Of a stretch of 64,000 nucleotides of DNA, positions 30,248-38,801 are shown one piece after another. The DNA lies in NCBI GenBank assembly GCA_937129145.1, contig CAKZMU010000009.1:80551-144550 (forward strand), written 5' to 3'. The translations under genes and the position numbers were made by a program. The stretch is from an uncultured Lacinutrix sp. GTDB taxonomy: Bacteria > Bacteroidota > Bacteroidia > Flavobacteriales > Flavobacteriaceae. Each line of letters starts with the position of its first letter. The stretch's first letter is position 1. The notes under the pieces were generated by a model. The model searched no databases. It saw only the letters and a program-made list of their open reading frames with translations, and was not told the origin of the DNA.

Positions 30248-30321
30248 GCTCCACTAGCCCAAATGGAAGAGGCAACAGTTTTAAGCGCTGTTAAGTCCAA
30301 GTTCGAATCTTGGGTGGAGTA
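30248..30321 (+). tRNA. tRNA-Leu-like (anticodon TAA) with a short variable loop
   Basis: Acceptor GCTCCAC/GTGGAGT (G1:U72), anticodon arm ACAGT-TTTAAGC-GCTGT (alternatively AACAG/CTGTT with a 9-nt loop), variable TAAGT, and T arm CCAAG-TTCGAAT-CTTGG. Confidence 0.6.
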
Positions 30322-30327
30322 CAAAAT

Positions 30328-30451
30328 AAGCTTATGGTGTAATGGAAAGCACACAAGGTTTAGCTCATGCATATCTATTTCAAGAAATAGGTATTCGTGA
30401 ATGCAAAGCATTTCGAACCTTGGAGTATGGGTTCAAGTCCTATTAAGCTTA
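30328..30451 (+). tRNA. tRNA-like gene (probably Arg, anticodon TCG) with a 52-nt insertion in the anticodon loop
   Basis: Acceptor AAGCTTA/TAAGCTT, D arm GTGT/GCAC, anticodon stem CAAGG (30354-58) / CCTTG (30418-22) enclosing 59 nt, and T arm ATGGG-TTCAAGT-CCTAT. The last 7 loop nt, TTTCGAA, form a canonical loop. The insert at 30359-30410 contains the hairpin CTATTTC-AAG-GAAATAG. Confidence 0.55.
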
Positions 30452-30456
30452 CAAAA

Positions 30457-30527
30457 TAACCTGTGGTGTAACGGTAACACTCAAGATTTTGATTCTTGTA
30501 TTATAGGTTCGAATCCTATCAGGTTAT
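30457..30527 (+). tRNA. tRNA-Gln (anticodon TTG)
   Basis: Acceptor TAACCTG/CAGGTTA, D arm GTGT/ACAC, anticodon arm CAAGA-TTTTGAT-TCTTG, and T arm ATAGG-TTCGAAT-CCTAT. Confidence 0.8.
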
Positions 30528-30535
30528 CAAAAAAT

Positions 30536-30608
30536 GGAACAGTAGCAAAGTTGGTCAATGCGTCGGACTGAAAATCTGAAAATACAGGTTCAATTCCTGT
30601 CTGTTCCA
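30536..30608 (+). tRNA. tRNA-Phe (anticodon GAA)
   Basis: Acceptor GGAACAG/CTGTTCC, anticodon arm TCGGA-CTGAAAA-TCTGA, and T arm ACAGG-TTCAATT-CCTGT. Confidence 0.82.
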
Positions 30609-30768
30609 CTAAAATTAAAGATTCCTGCCTATGCAGGAAATAATATCAAGCTGGTCTTGTTGAGTGTTTCGGTATAGCACTATTGTATAAATCGTTGCAG
30701 AAATGCATCATGAGTTTATGTTCAACTAGACTTGAAGGTTTTGACTGTTAACCAAAAAATGGTCTCCC

Positions 30769-30803
30769 CCTATAGGTCGTGGGTTCGACTCCCACTTATC
30801 CCA
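30769..30803 (+). pseudogene. orphan tRNA 3' half (anticodon-stem 3' strand, variable loop, T arm, acceptor 3' strand)
   Basis: CCTAT-AGGTC-GTGGG-TTCGACT-CCCAC-TTATCCC-A. No matching 5' half lies upstream. The complementary 5' half lies 3 nt downstream. Confidence 0.6.
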
Positions 30804-30806
30804 ATT

Positions 30807-30873
30807 GGGATAGTAGTTCAGTGGTTAGAACAATAGGATGTAGGTGTTGCTGGTTCGATTCCAGTCGTTTGCT
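30807..30873 (+). pseudogene. tRNA 5' half (acceptor 5' strand, D arm, anticodon-stem 5' strand) fused to an unrelated T arm and acceptor 3' strand
   Basis: GGGATAG-TA-GTTC-AGTGGTTA-GAAC-A-ATAGG is followed by ATGTAGGTGTT, then GCTGG-TTCGATT-CCAGT-CGTTTGC. The acceptor strands within this unit do not pair. GGGATAG and ATAGG pair perfectly with the upstream fragment at 30769-30803. Confidence 0.55.
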
Positions 30874-30888
30874 TGGAGAAATTCCTTG

Positions 30889-30950
30889 GCAATAGTAGCT
30901 CAATTGGTAGAGCACTGCACTTTTAATGCAGGTTTGGACTCAAAATCCAC
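30889..30950 (+). pseudogene. tRNA-Lys-like (anticodon TTT) fragment lacking a matching acceptor 3' strand
   Basis: GCAATAG-TA-GCTC-AATTGGTA-GAGC-A-CTGCA-CTTTTAA-TGCAG is followed by a degenerate T arm (TGGA-CTCAAAA-TCCA). No CTATTGC-like 3' strand lies downstream. Confidence 0.5.
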
Positions 30951-31450
30951 AATCAAAAGCCCATCATCTTTTAAAACTGATGACCAACGCAGATTGTCAT
31001 TCTGCTCAACAAAAATGACAAAAATAGTAGATTGCAAGTCGGCTTTAGATTCCTGCATTACTGACGCATCGGTCAACACTGGTCGTGGGAATGACAAAAC
31101 TAGAGCAGTCTTGAAAGTGCCTTGAAATACTGATTTTTAATAGTAGAAGTGGTTACTGTTTTGTAATAAGAAATTATATAAATCTGATTATCGATTCATA
31201 TAGTTGTCACAATACTCAGCACTAATTACAGGCACTATTAATATGAGTATTTCCGCACCAGAAAAATGATTTGCTTTCTGCTATTTTTAACAATGAAGAG
31301 ATATAAAAATATACTTCAATTAATGATGAACTCGTCATTGTTTTTTGAAGTTGGTAAGCCTTCCGTTACAAGAATTGCCGCCACGCTCAAAAATGGGCAA
31401 CAATAAATGTTTAATCTTCCTGAAATAAATTCAGGATAAAAAAATTAGAA

Positions 31451-32551
31451 ATGATGAAACGAGTAAGAATTAATGTTGGAGAAGTAGGATTGGTTTTCAA
31501 AAGAGGTGATTACAAAAGAGTAATTACTCAAGGAAAAAACTGGTTAGGGTTTGGCGAGCGTGTTTTAACCTATAACTTAGCTCATGCTTTCGTTGCTCCA
31601 AAAACACTAGAACTCTTGCTAAAAGACGAGGTGTTGGAGGCAATGTTAGACATTATTGAAGTAAAGGATGGTGAACTTGTATTGGTTTACGAAAAAGGGA
31701 GCTTTAAAACTGTTTTAACTGCTGGTCGTTATGTGTACTGGAAGGGTTTGATTAATCGTGAATATACACGCGTTGATTTAAGCAAAATTTATATTACTGA
31801 AAACATTGACAAAGCATTGTTTAGTAACTATGAATTAAGCAAATACATTCGAGTTTTTGAAGTAGCTGCTTACGAAAAAGCTATCCTTTTGGTAGATGAT
31901 GTATATACAAAGACGCTTGACGGCGGTACATACCGATTCTGGAGAAATGATACCACAATTAAAATTGCTAAGGCTGATTTACGTCAGTTACAACTAGAAA
32001 TTGCTGGACAAGAATTGTTAACTAAAGATAAAGCAGCTATTCGTATCAACTTTTACACACAGTATAAAGTAACAGATATTGAAAAGGCTTTACTAGGAAA
32101 CAAAGATTATGAAAAGCAATTATACATTGCTATGCAATTGGTATTGCGCGCTTACATTGGTACTTACACACTAGATGAATTGCTAGAGCGTAAAGAAAAC
32201 ATTGCAGAAGCTGTATTTGAAGATGTTAAAGCAAGTGCATCAAAATTAGGTGTAAGCGTTTTAAGCTGCGGTATTAGAGATGTGATTTTAACCGGAGATA
32301 TGAAAGAGATTATGAACCAGGTTTTAGTTGCACAAAAGAAAGCGCAAGCAAATACAATTACAAGACGTGAAGAAACAGCTTCTACTCGTAGCTTGCTAAA
32401 TACGGCAAAGTTGATGGAAGAGAATAACATGCTGTACAAGCTAAAAGAAATGGAGTATGTTGAAAAAATCGCTGAGAAAATTGGTGAAATCACAGTCTCA
32501 GGTAATGGTGGAATGGTAACACAATTGAAAGAGATTTTCTCTGGAAAATAA
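31451..32551 (+). CDS. slipin/SPFH (band-7) family protein
   Basis: 366 aa. The C-terminal half has an SPFH-like core and a coiled-coil (QKKAQANTITRREETASTR). Confidence 0.7.
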   Translation: MMKRVRINVGEVGLVFKRGDYKRVITQGKNWLGFGERVLTYNLAHAFVAPKTLELLLKDEVLEAMLDIIEVKDGELVLVYEKGSFKTVLTAGRYVYWKGLINREYTRVDLSKIYITENIDKALFSNYELSKYIRVFEVAAYEKAILLVDDVYTKTLDGGTYRFWRNDTTIKIAKADLRQLQLEIAGQELLTKDKAAIRINFYTQYKVTDIEKALLGNKDYEKQLYIAMQLVLRAYIGTYTLDELLERKENIAEAVFEDVKASASKLGVSVLSCGIRDVILTGDMKEIMNQVLVAQKKAQANTITRREETASTRSLLNTAKLMEENNMLYKLKEMEYVEKIAEKIGEITVSGNGGMVTQLKEIFSGK

Positions 32552-32560
32552 GTGGGTGTA

Positions 32561-32587
32561 AATGCGCTAGTTTTTAACTAGCGCATT
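32561..32587. terminator. terminator hairpin between convergent genes
   Basis: AATGCGCTAGTT-TTT-AACTAGCGCATT followed by a T-run. Confidence 0.75.
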
Positions 32588-32589
32588 TT

Positions 32590-34311
32590 TTATTTTGCTC
32601 CTAAAATATTTTTAACTTCCAAAGCCTTATCGCTAATAGCCTTTTGAGTCGCTTCAATATCAGCTTTAATTAAACTCGCATCATTTACCATATCGTTAGT
32701 AGTATTGACGGCTTTTAAATACCAATCTTCCCAAGTGCTGATAATTTCGATTTGTTCTTCAAGTGTATCTCCATTTTCCATGGCTAGCTTACTTTGTTTT
32801 TGCTCTTCTTCTAAACGGCTAATAGCTGCTTTCTCAATGCTTTTTAACACGCGTTTTGCAGTGTTTTCACCTGAGTTTACTAATTCAATAGCAGACACTA
32901 ATGCGCCTGTAGCTACATTCTTTAAAGTGCTTTTCGATACTTTGTCTATTCTATCATTATCTGTGTGGTAAAACTGGTCGGTAAAATGCCAAAACAACAC
33001 ACTTGGAATATCACCTCTTAAAAAAGGCACGTGGTCACTTCCGCCTTCATAAGGATTGGTGTTTACTTCCCAATTGGCACGTTTCCCTTGTTCTTTAAAC
33101 TTTTCGATGACGAAATCGTTTAGATAATGAGGTGTCATGTCTTCAATTTTTAGGGGTCTTCCTCCCCATTCGGTATGCTTATCGTTCCCTCTGGTCCAAA
33201 TCGCACTAGGGTCTGGCATTTTTTCTATTAGAAAAGAGCCTCCTGTTTTTTCGGTATCTTCTCCAACCATATCCAAAGATATTCCCCATTTAATATCCTT
33301 AGCTCTTATGCTATCTTCTTGAACATAGCGTCTGGTGGATACAATCTCGTCTCCCCAAAGAAAGGTAAGAGTTCTTTTTGGTAGAAATCTTCCGTCTTTG
33401 AACAATTTAGCAGCCACCGATGCCATTTCTAAAGTGGCTCCAACTCCTGAAGCATTATCGTTTGCTCCTGGTTCTTGAATATGAGCGCTAAAAGCCAATC
33501 GCTCTTTAGGTAATTCATTTCCTTTAATATCGGCAACAATGGTTAATTCTTCTGAAGGATAAATATTGGTTTTAACCTTTACGTTTAAAGTCGTTTTTCC
33601 TTTTGATAAGCTATTTTTTAGTCGCTCTTTAGCTTCAAAAGACATAGCAATTCCAAAAGATTTACTCACAGAATCCAATGGAACAGAACGAAATTGAATG
33701 GAGGTTATGTTTTTCTCTGGTTGCAAATAATCTGGATTATTATAAGTAATGATTCCGAATGCTCCACCTTCAGTTACAGCAGTTTTAAAAATTCGTCCTG
33801 GATGTGTTTCGGCAAAAACAATTTTATCTTTTACATCTGTTTCAGCTAATTTTTTAATGTCTTCTATGTAAATTACCTCAGCAGTCACGCCTTCTTCAGC
33901 TGTGCTGTAAGAGTTTATTGCAATCATGTTTCTATTGGTAGCATGACTAAGTAACGGCGTTTCTTCGCCATTAATAGTGACGGTTGCATCAACCGATTCC
34001 CATGTTGGTCTTTTTAACGGTCTTGTTTCAATGCGATACGTTAAAAAGTCTTCTCCTGTAGCATTTTCTTCTAAAACATAACCATCTTTTTCAAGCTGTT
34101 CAGCAATTTTGTAAACACTTTTGTTGAATCCTGTGTTCCCAACAACACGCCAATATTTTTCAACAAATGCTGTGGTTTCGTAAGCTAAATCTCCTGTAAG
34201 TTCTTGATTAACAACATCAAAATATTCTTCGGTAGTTATTTCATTGGTTTGCTTACATGAAACAAAAGTGATTACAAGTATTGTAAAAAAGTAAAAGATT
34301 TTTTTTGACAT
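32590..34311 (-). CDS. M28 family metallopeptidase with PA domain
   Basis: Lipoprotein-like signal (FVSC) and M28 zinc-ligand contexts (EPGANDNASG, GDEIVSTRRY, GGSDHVPF). Confidence 0.8.
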   Translation of the reverse strand: MSKKIFYFFTILVITFVSCKQTNEITTEEYFDVVNQELTGDLAYETTAFVEKYWRVVGNTGFNKSVYKIAEQLEKDGYVLEENATGEDFLTYRIETRPLKRPTWESVDATVTINGEETPLLSHATNRNMIAINSYSTAEEGVTAEVIYIEDIKKLAETDVKDKIVFAETHPGRIFKTAVTEGGAFGIITYNNPDYLQPEKNITSIQFRSVPLDSVSKSFGIAMSFEAKERLKNSLSKGKTTLNVKVKTNIYPSEELTIVADIKGNELPKERLAFSAHIQEPGANDNASGVGATLEMASVAAKLFKDGRFLPKRTLTFLWGDEIVSTRRYVQEDSIRAKDIKWGISLDMVGEDTEKTGGSFLIEKMPDPSAIWTRGNDKHTEWGGRPLKIEDMTPHYLNDFVIEKFKEQGKRANWEVNTNPYEGGSDHVPFLRGDIPSVLFWHFTDQFYHTDNDRIDKVSKSTLKNVATGALVSAIELVNSGENTAKRVLKSIEKAAISRLEEEQKQSKLAMENGDTLEEQIEIISTWEDWYLKAVNTTNDMVNDASLIKADIEATQKAISDKALEVKNILGAK

Positions 34312-34344
34312 AACGTGGTGTGTTTAGACTATAATATTACAACT

Positions 34345-34917
34345 TTATGAGATAATTTCAGCAACTTTATTTTTAAGCATCGGAATAACCTCTGCTTCAA
34401 ACCATGAATTTTTAGTTAACCAAAATCTATTTCGAGGTGAAGGATGTGGCAACACAAAATATTTTGGCAAATACTCTGTATAATTGGCAACCGTTTCTGT
34501 GAGTGTTTTTTTAGCTTCTTTTTTTAAATAATACTTCTGCGCATACATACCAATAAGAATAATCAGTTCTAAATTTGGCATAAAATCAAACAACGGTTGG
34601 TGCCATTGCGGTGCACATTCTGGTCGTGGAGGTAAATCGCCACTTTTACCTTTTCCAGGGTAGCAAAACCCCATTGGCACAATGGCAAATTTAGTTTCGT
34701 CATAAAAATCTTCATTAGACACATTTAGCCATTTACGTAATTGTTTACCGCTAGCATCATCCCAAGGGATTCCGGAATTATGAACTTTTGTTCCTGGCGC
34801 TTGACCAATAATGACAATTTTTGACTCTGGATGCCCAGAAACTACAGGTCGTGGACCAAATTGTAAATGTTTAGAACAAATGGTGCATTGGCCTATTTCG
34901 TGAAGTAACTCTTGCAT
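34345..34917 (-). CDS. uracil-DNA glycosylase superfamily protein
   Basis: Motifs GQAPG and HPSPRN. Size is 190 aa. Confidence 0.75.
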   Translation of the reverse strand: MQELLHEIGQCTICSKHLQFGPRPVVSGHPESKIVIIGQAPGTKVHNSGIPWDDASGKQLRKWLNVSNEDFYDETKFAIVPMGFCYPGKGKSGDLPPRPECAPQWHQPLFDFMPNLELIILIGMYAQKYYLKKEAKKTLTETVANYTEYLPKYFVLPHPSPRNRFWLTKNSWFEAEVIPMLKNKVAEIIS

Positions 34918-34950
34918 TAGTTAGATGTTTCAACTGCGCTTAACATGACA

Positions 34951-35622
34951 TTATTTTTTCCCAGACACAACAATTACAATTTCACCCTTAGGAGGTTTAT
35001 TGGTGTAATACTCCAATACTTCTTTGGCAGTACCTCGAATGGTTTCTTCATAAAGCTTCGTCAATTCTCTTGATACTGAAACTTGTCTGTCTTCGCCAAA
35101 ATAGTCGCAGAAATGCCCTAAAGTTTTCAATAATTTATGAGGGCTTTCATAAAAAATCATGGTTCTGGTTTCTTCAGCAAGTAGTTTTAGTCTTGTTTGA
35201 CGCCCTTTTTTTACAGGAAGAAATCCTTCAAATACAAATCTATCGTTTGGTAGTCCAGAATTCACCAATGCTGGCACAAATGCTGTTGCTCCTGGTAAAC
35301 ATTCTACATCTATATTATTTTCCAAGCAAGCTCTAGTAAGCAAAAAACCAGGGTCTGAAATTGCTGGTGTTCCAGCATCGCTAATTAAAGCAATGGTCAT
35401 TCCTGAATTGATTTTTTGAACAATGGCATTCACGGTTTTATGCTCATTGTGCATATGGTGAGACTGTGAGGGCGTATTAATCTCGAAATGTTTTAAAAGC
35501 TTTCCTGAAGTTCGCGTGTCTTCGGCTAAAATTAAGTCAGATTCTTTTAAAACCTCAATAGCTCTTAAAGTAATATCCTTTAAATTTCCTATTGGTGTTG
35601 GAACAATATAAAGTTTGCTCAT
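34951..35622 (-). CDS. rsmI: 16S rRNA (cytidine1402-2'-O)-methyltransferase
   Basis: The N-terminus LYIVPTPIGNLKDITLRA and the tetrapyrrole-methylase-like fold are typical of RsmI. Confidence 0.88.
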   Translation of the reverse strand: MSKLYIVPTPIGNLKDITLRAIEVLKESDLILAEDTRTSGKLLKHFEINTPSQSHHMHNEHKTVNAIVQKINSGMTIALISDAGTPAISDPGFLLTRACLENNIDVECLPGATAFVPALVNSGLPNDRFVFEGFLPVKKGRQTRLKLLAEETRTMIFYESPHKLLKTLGHFCDYFGEDRQVSVSRELTKLYEETIRGTAKEVLEYYTNKPPKGEIVIVVSGKK

Positions 35623-36363
35623 TTACTCAAACTTACTTTGAATAATTCCCATAAAACGCTCTTCAAACTCTTCCTTTCCTTCCCAATGGTTGTAATCTGG
35701 TTTTACGATGTTTTGAATTAAAGTGTTTACTTCCTCAAAAGATTGAGATGTATTAATTTGTGACACCACGCGCTCAAAATCTTCATTATTGCCATCAAAC
35801 AAATGCTTTATAAAAGCGATTTTATCGTTTAATCCAAACGTGAGTGCCTTCCCCTTTAAGGCATCGTTTAGCGTTTTTTTGGTGTCTTCTTTTGGTTTTG
35901 TTTCGGTAACAGCTTCAAAAACTGGCATATCTTTAAAACCAGCTGTCAGCTCTTCAAAATCATTTTCTGAATTATCTTCAGGAGGAATAACAGATTTTAG
36001 AAAATCGTCAACACCATGTGTTTCTTGAGGCATTTGAGCAACCATATCTTTAATTTTCTCAATCGCTGGTTCCATAATACCATCATCTTCTATCTCATCT
36101 AGATTTACATAAATTCTATCGCCAACCTCAACATTATCACTTACTTTATTGTTGAAAGCTTGGTCTAACATGCCAAAGAAAGACGAATCGCTGCCAATTG
36201 TTGGTATATCGTCTTCAAAATTTTCGTGAGCGAATTTCAAAACGGTTAACTTTTCATACAACGCTTCTACTTCTGCATGCATTTTTAAAACATCTTCTTT
36301 ACCTTTTAATTTTAGAATTCTATGTGCTATACTAATTAAATCTGATTCTAGCTTCTTCTTCAT
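35623..36363 (-). CDS. acidic hypothetical protein
   Basis: 246-aa ORF tightly abutting rsmI. No recognisable motif. Confidence 0.5.
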   Translation of the reverse strand: MKKKLESDLISIAHRILKLKGKEDVLKMHAEVEALYEKLTVLKFAHENFEDDIPTIGSDSSFFGMLDQAFNNKVSDNVEVGDRIYVNLDEIEDDGIMEPAIEKIKDMVAQMPQETHGVDDFLKSVIPPEDNSENDFEELTAGFKDMPVFEAVTETKPKEDTKKTLNDALKGKALTFGLNDKIAFIKHLFDGNNEDFERVVSQINTSQSFEEVNTLIQNIVKPDYNHWEGKEEFEERFMGIIQSKFE

Positions 36364-36464
36364 AACTTTTAAATTTAATGCGCTTTTGGTTTTTGATTTT
36401 TAATAAATTTACGCCACCTTTATGCAAACGAATATTTGCATTATTTTAGTGTTAAAATTACAAA

Positions 36465-37112
36465 ATGTTTCTTGAAAATACAGTAAATCATAAAGAACAA
36501 TTTGGTTGGATTGAGGTTATTTGTGGCTCCATGTTCTCTGGAAAAACAGAAGAATTGATTCGCAGGCTCAAACGTGCGCAATTTGCAAGGCAAAAAGTAG
36601 AAATTTTTAAGCCAGCTGTTGATGTGCGTTATGATGACGAAATGGTAGTATCTCACGACTCCAACGAAATCCGTTCAACTCCTGTTCCTGCAGCTGCAAA
36701 CATCCCTATTTTAGCGGATGGATGTGACGTTGTTGGTATTGACGAGGCGCAATTTTTTGATGATGAAATTGTAAGGGTTTGCAATGATTTAGCCAATAAA
36801 GGTATTCGTGTAATTGTTGCTGGATTGGATATGGATTTTAAAGGAAACCCCTTTGGGCCAATGCCAAATTTAATGGCAACTGCCGAATATGTAACTAAAG
36901 TGCATGCGGTTTGCACCAGAACAGGAAACTTAGCACAATACAGTTACAGAAAAGCCAAAAGTGATGATTTAGTACTTTTAGGTGAAGTTGACGAATACGA
37001 ACCTTTAAGTAGAGCTGCATATTACAAAGCCATGTTAAGAGACAAGGTGCGTAACATGAAGGTTAATGAAGCTGAAGAAATTTCTCCAAAATTAAAAACA
37101 GGAAATGGCTAA
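36465..37112 (+). CDS. tdk: thymidine kinase
   Basis: P-loop [11 protein letters not shown], the DEAQFF motif and a C-terminal zinc-ribbon-like region. Confidence 0.9.
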   Translation: MFLENTVNHKEQFGWIEVICGSMFSGKTEELIRRLKRAQFARQKVEIFKPAVDVRYDDEMVVSHDSNEIRSTPVPAAANIPILADGCDVVGIDEAQFFDDEIVRVCNDLANKGIRVIVAGLDMDFKGNPFGPMPNLMATAEYVTKVHAVCTRTGNLAQYSYRKAKSDDLVLLGEVDEYEPLSRAAYYKAMLRDKVRNMKVNEAEEISPKLKTGNG

Positions 37113-38211
37113 AGCTCAAGAAACGGTTCTTGAAATAGACCTTAATGCGCTTACGCATAATTTTGAATACCTCAAGTCGAAACTTAAAGAAAACACCAAG
37201 TTTTTAGCGGTTGTAAAAGCATTTGCTTATGGTAGCGATGCCGAAAAAATTGCACTCCATCTTCAAAATTTAGATGTAGATTATTTTGCAGTTGCTTATA
37301 CTTCAGAAGGTGTTGCGTTGCGAGATGCTGGCATAACAAAGCCTATTTTGGTATTGCATCCACAGCCAGTAAACTTTAAAACCATTATTGACCGCTGTTT
37401 GGAACCTAGTTTATATAATGCTAGAGTTTTGAGGAGTTTTATTTCTTGTGCAGAAAAAGAAAAACAGTCAAACTATCCTGTACACATAAAATTCAATACG
37501 GGCTTAAACAGACTTGGTTTTTGGGAAAATGATGTGGATTATATTTCATCACAATTAAAAAGCAACCACTCCATTAAAGCTGCATCTATTTTTTCTCACC
37601 TTGCTGCTAGTGAAGACTTAAATGAAAAAGAATTTACTCAAACTCAAATATCAAGTTTTAAAAATTCTGCAAAAGAGTTAATTGACGCCTTGGGTTACAG
37701 TGCCATGCTTCATCTTTGTAATACTTCAGGAATATTAAACTATCCCGAAGCACATTTTGATATGGTTAGAAGCGGCATAGCGTTATATGGTTTCGGAAAT
37801 TCTGCCAAAGAAAACAAAAATTTAAAACCCATAGCCTCTTTAAAGTCGGTTGTTTCACAAATACACTTAATAGAAAAAGGTGAAACGGTAGGCTATAATA
37901 GAGCTTATAAAAGTGAAGGTTTCAAAAAAATAGCAACTATTCCAATTGGTCATGCTGATGGGATTGGCAGACATTTTGGAAATGGTAAAGGATTTGTATT
38001 CATTAATAAAGAAAAAGCCAACATTATTGGAAATGTTTGTATGGACATGATTATGGTTGATATTACCCATATAGAATGTCATGAAGGTGACGAAGTAATT
38101 ATCTTTGATAATCAATTTACAGCCGAAAATTTAGCGGAATCTGCCAATACTATTTCTTACGAGTTAATTACTTCTATTTCTAGACGTGTAAAGCGAAAAA
38201 TTATAAAATAG
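37105..38211 (+). CDS. alr: alanine racemase
   Basis: PLP-lysine context (AVVKAFAYG), length of 368 aa, and a C-terminal beta domain. Confidence 0.88.
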   Translation: MAKAQETVLEIDLNALTHNFEYLKSKLKENTKFLAVVKAFAYGSDAEKIALHLQNLDVDYFAVAYTSEGVALRDAGITKPILVLHPQPVNFKTIIDRCLEPSLYNARVLRSFISCAEKEKQSNYPVHIKFNTGLNRLGFWENDVDYISSQLKSNHSIKAASIFSHLAASEDLNEKEFTQTQISSFKNSAKELIDALGYSAMLHLCNTSGILNYPEAHFDMVRSGIALYGFGNSAKENKNLKPIASLKSVVSQIHLIEKGETVGYNRAYKSEGFKKIATIPIGHADGIGRHFGNGKGFVFINKEKANIIGNVCMDMIMVDITHIECHEGDEVIIFDNQFTAENLAESANTISYELITSISRRVKRKIIK

Positions 38212-38280
38212 TTTTAAGATTATTTTAACATTTGATTTTTTTGTATTTTGGGCATTAATTAACTAAAACATTAAACTATT

Positions 38281-38685
38281 ATGCTTAAAGAATTTAAGAA
38301 TTTTATTATGACTGGCAATGTAATTGATTTTGCAGTTGCAGTTATTATGGCAGGCGCTCTAGGTGCTGTAATTAATGGCTTTGTATCTAATATTGCAATG
38401 CCTTTTGTTGGTTACTTTGCAGGCGGAATGAATTTTGAAGACCTTCATTATGCAATGGACGGAAATGAATATGCATCATTAGCCGCAGCAAAAGAAGCAG
38501 GGGCTGCAGTTATTGCTTATGGAGCATGGATAAACACAATAATTAACTTATTAATTGTTGGATTAGTAATGTTTATGATAGTAAAAGCATACAATAAAAC
38601 TAAAAAACCAGCTGAAGAGGCTGCTCCAGCAGGACCTTCAGATAACGACTTACTTACAGAAATTCGTGATTTGTTAAAGAAATAA
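38281..38685 (+). CDS. mscL: large-conductance mechanosensitive channel
   Basis: MLKEFKNFIMTGNVIDFAVAVIMAGA is a canonical MscL N-terminus. Two TM helices. Confidence 0.92.
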   Translation: MLKEFKNFIMTGNVIDFAVAVIMAGALGAVINGFVSNIAMPFVGYFAGGMNFEDLHYAMDGNEYASLAAAKEAGAAVIAYGAWINTIINLLIVGLVMFMIVKAYNKTKKPAEEAAPAGPSDNDLLTEIRDLLKK

Positions 38686-38709
38686 CATTTAAAAATAAAC
38701 TTGTTAAAA

Positions 38710-38741
38710 AGAGGCGATTCTTAAGAATCGCCTCTTTTTTT
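38710..38741 (+). terminator. rho-independent terminator after mscL
   Basis: AGAGGCGATTCTTAAGAATCGCCTCT followed by a T-run. Confidence 0.85.
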
Positions 38742-38801
38742 GTTGGTCAATATTAACATCAAAATAAATTATTGCCTACTTTTGTTTCCTAAATTTTACT
38801 T

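Noticed and set aside
30769-30837. Permuted two-piece tmRNA (the acceptor 3' strand sits upstream of the 5' strand, as in permuted ssrA genes)
   Set aside because: The acceptor stem has G3:C70 rather than the G3:U70 alanine identity pair. A normal D arm and an anticodon stem are present, and no tag reading frame or pseudoknots are evident.
29725-31125. Six ORF-track entries (29725-29916, 29832-30017, 30063-30275, 30205-30411, 30844-31125 and 30900-31097) lying across the tRNA array
   Set aside because: They run straight through cloverleaf-forming tRNA sequences on both strands, have no plausible starts or domains, and their translations are low-complexity. I treat them as artefacts of stop-poor RNA-gene sequence.
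36441-36656. 71-aa minus-strand ORF overlapping the tdk start
   Set aside because: It is antisense to the thymidine kinase P-loop region, so tdk clearly occupies this DNA.
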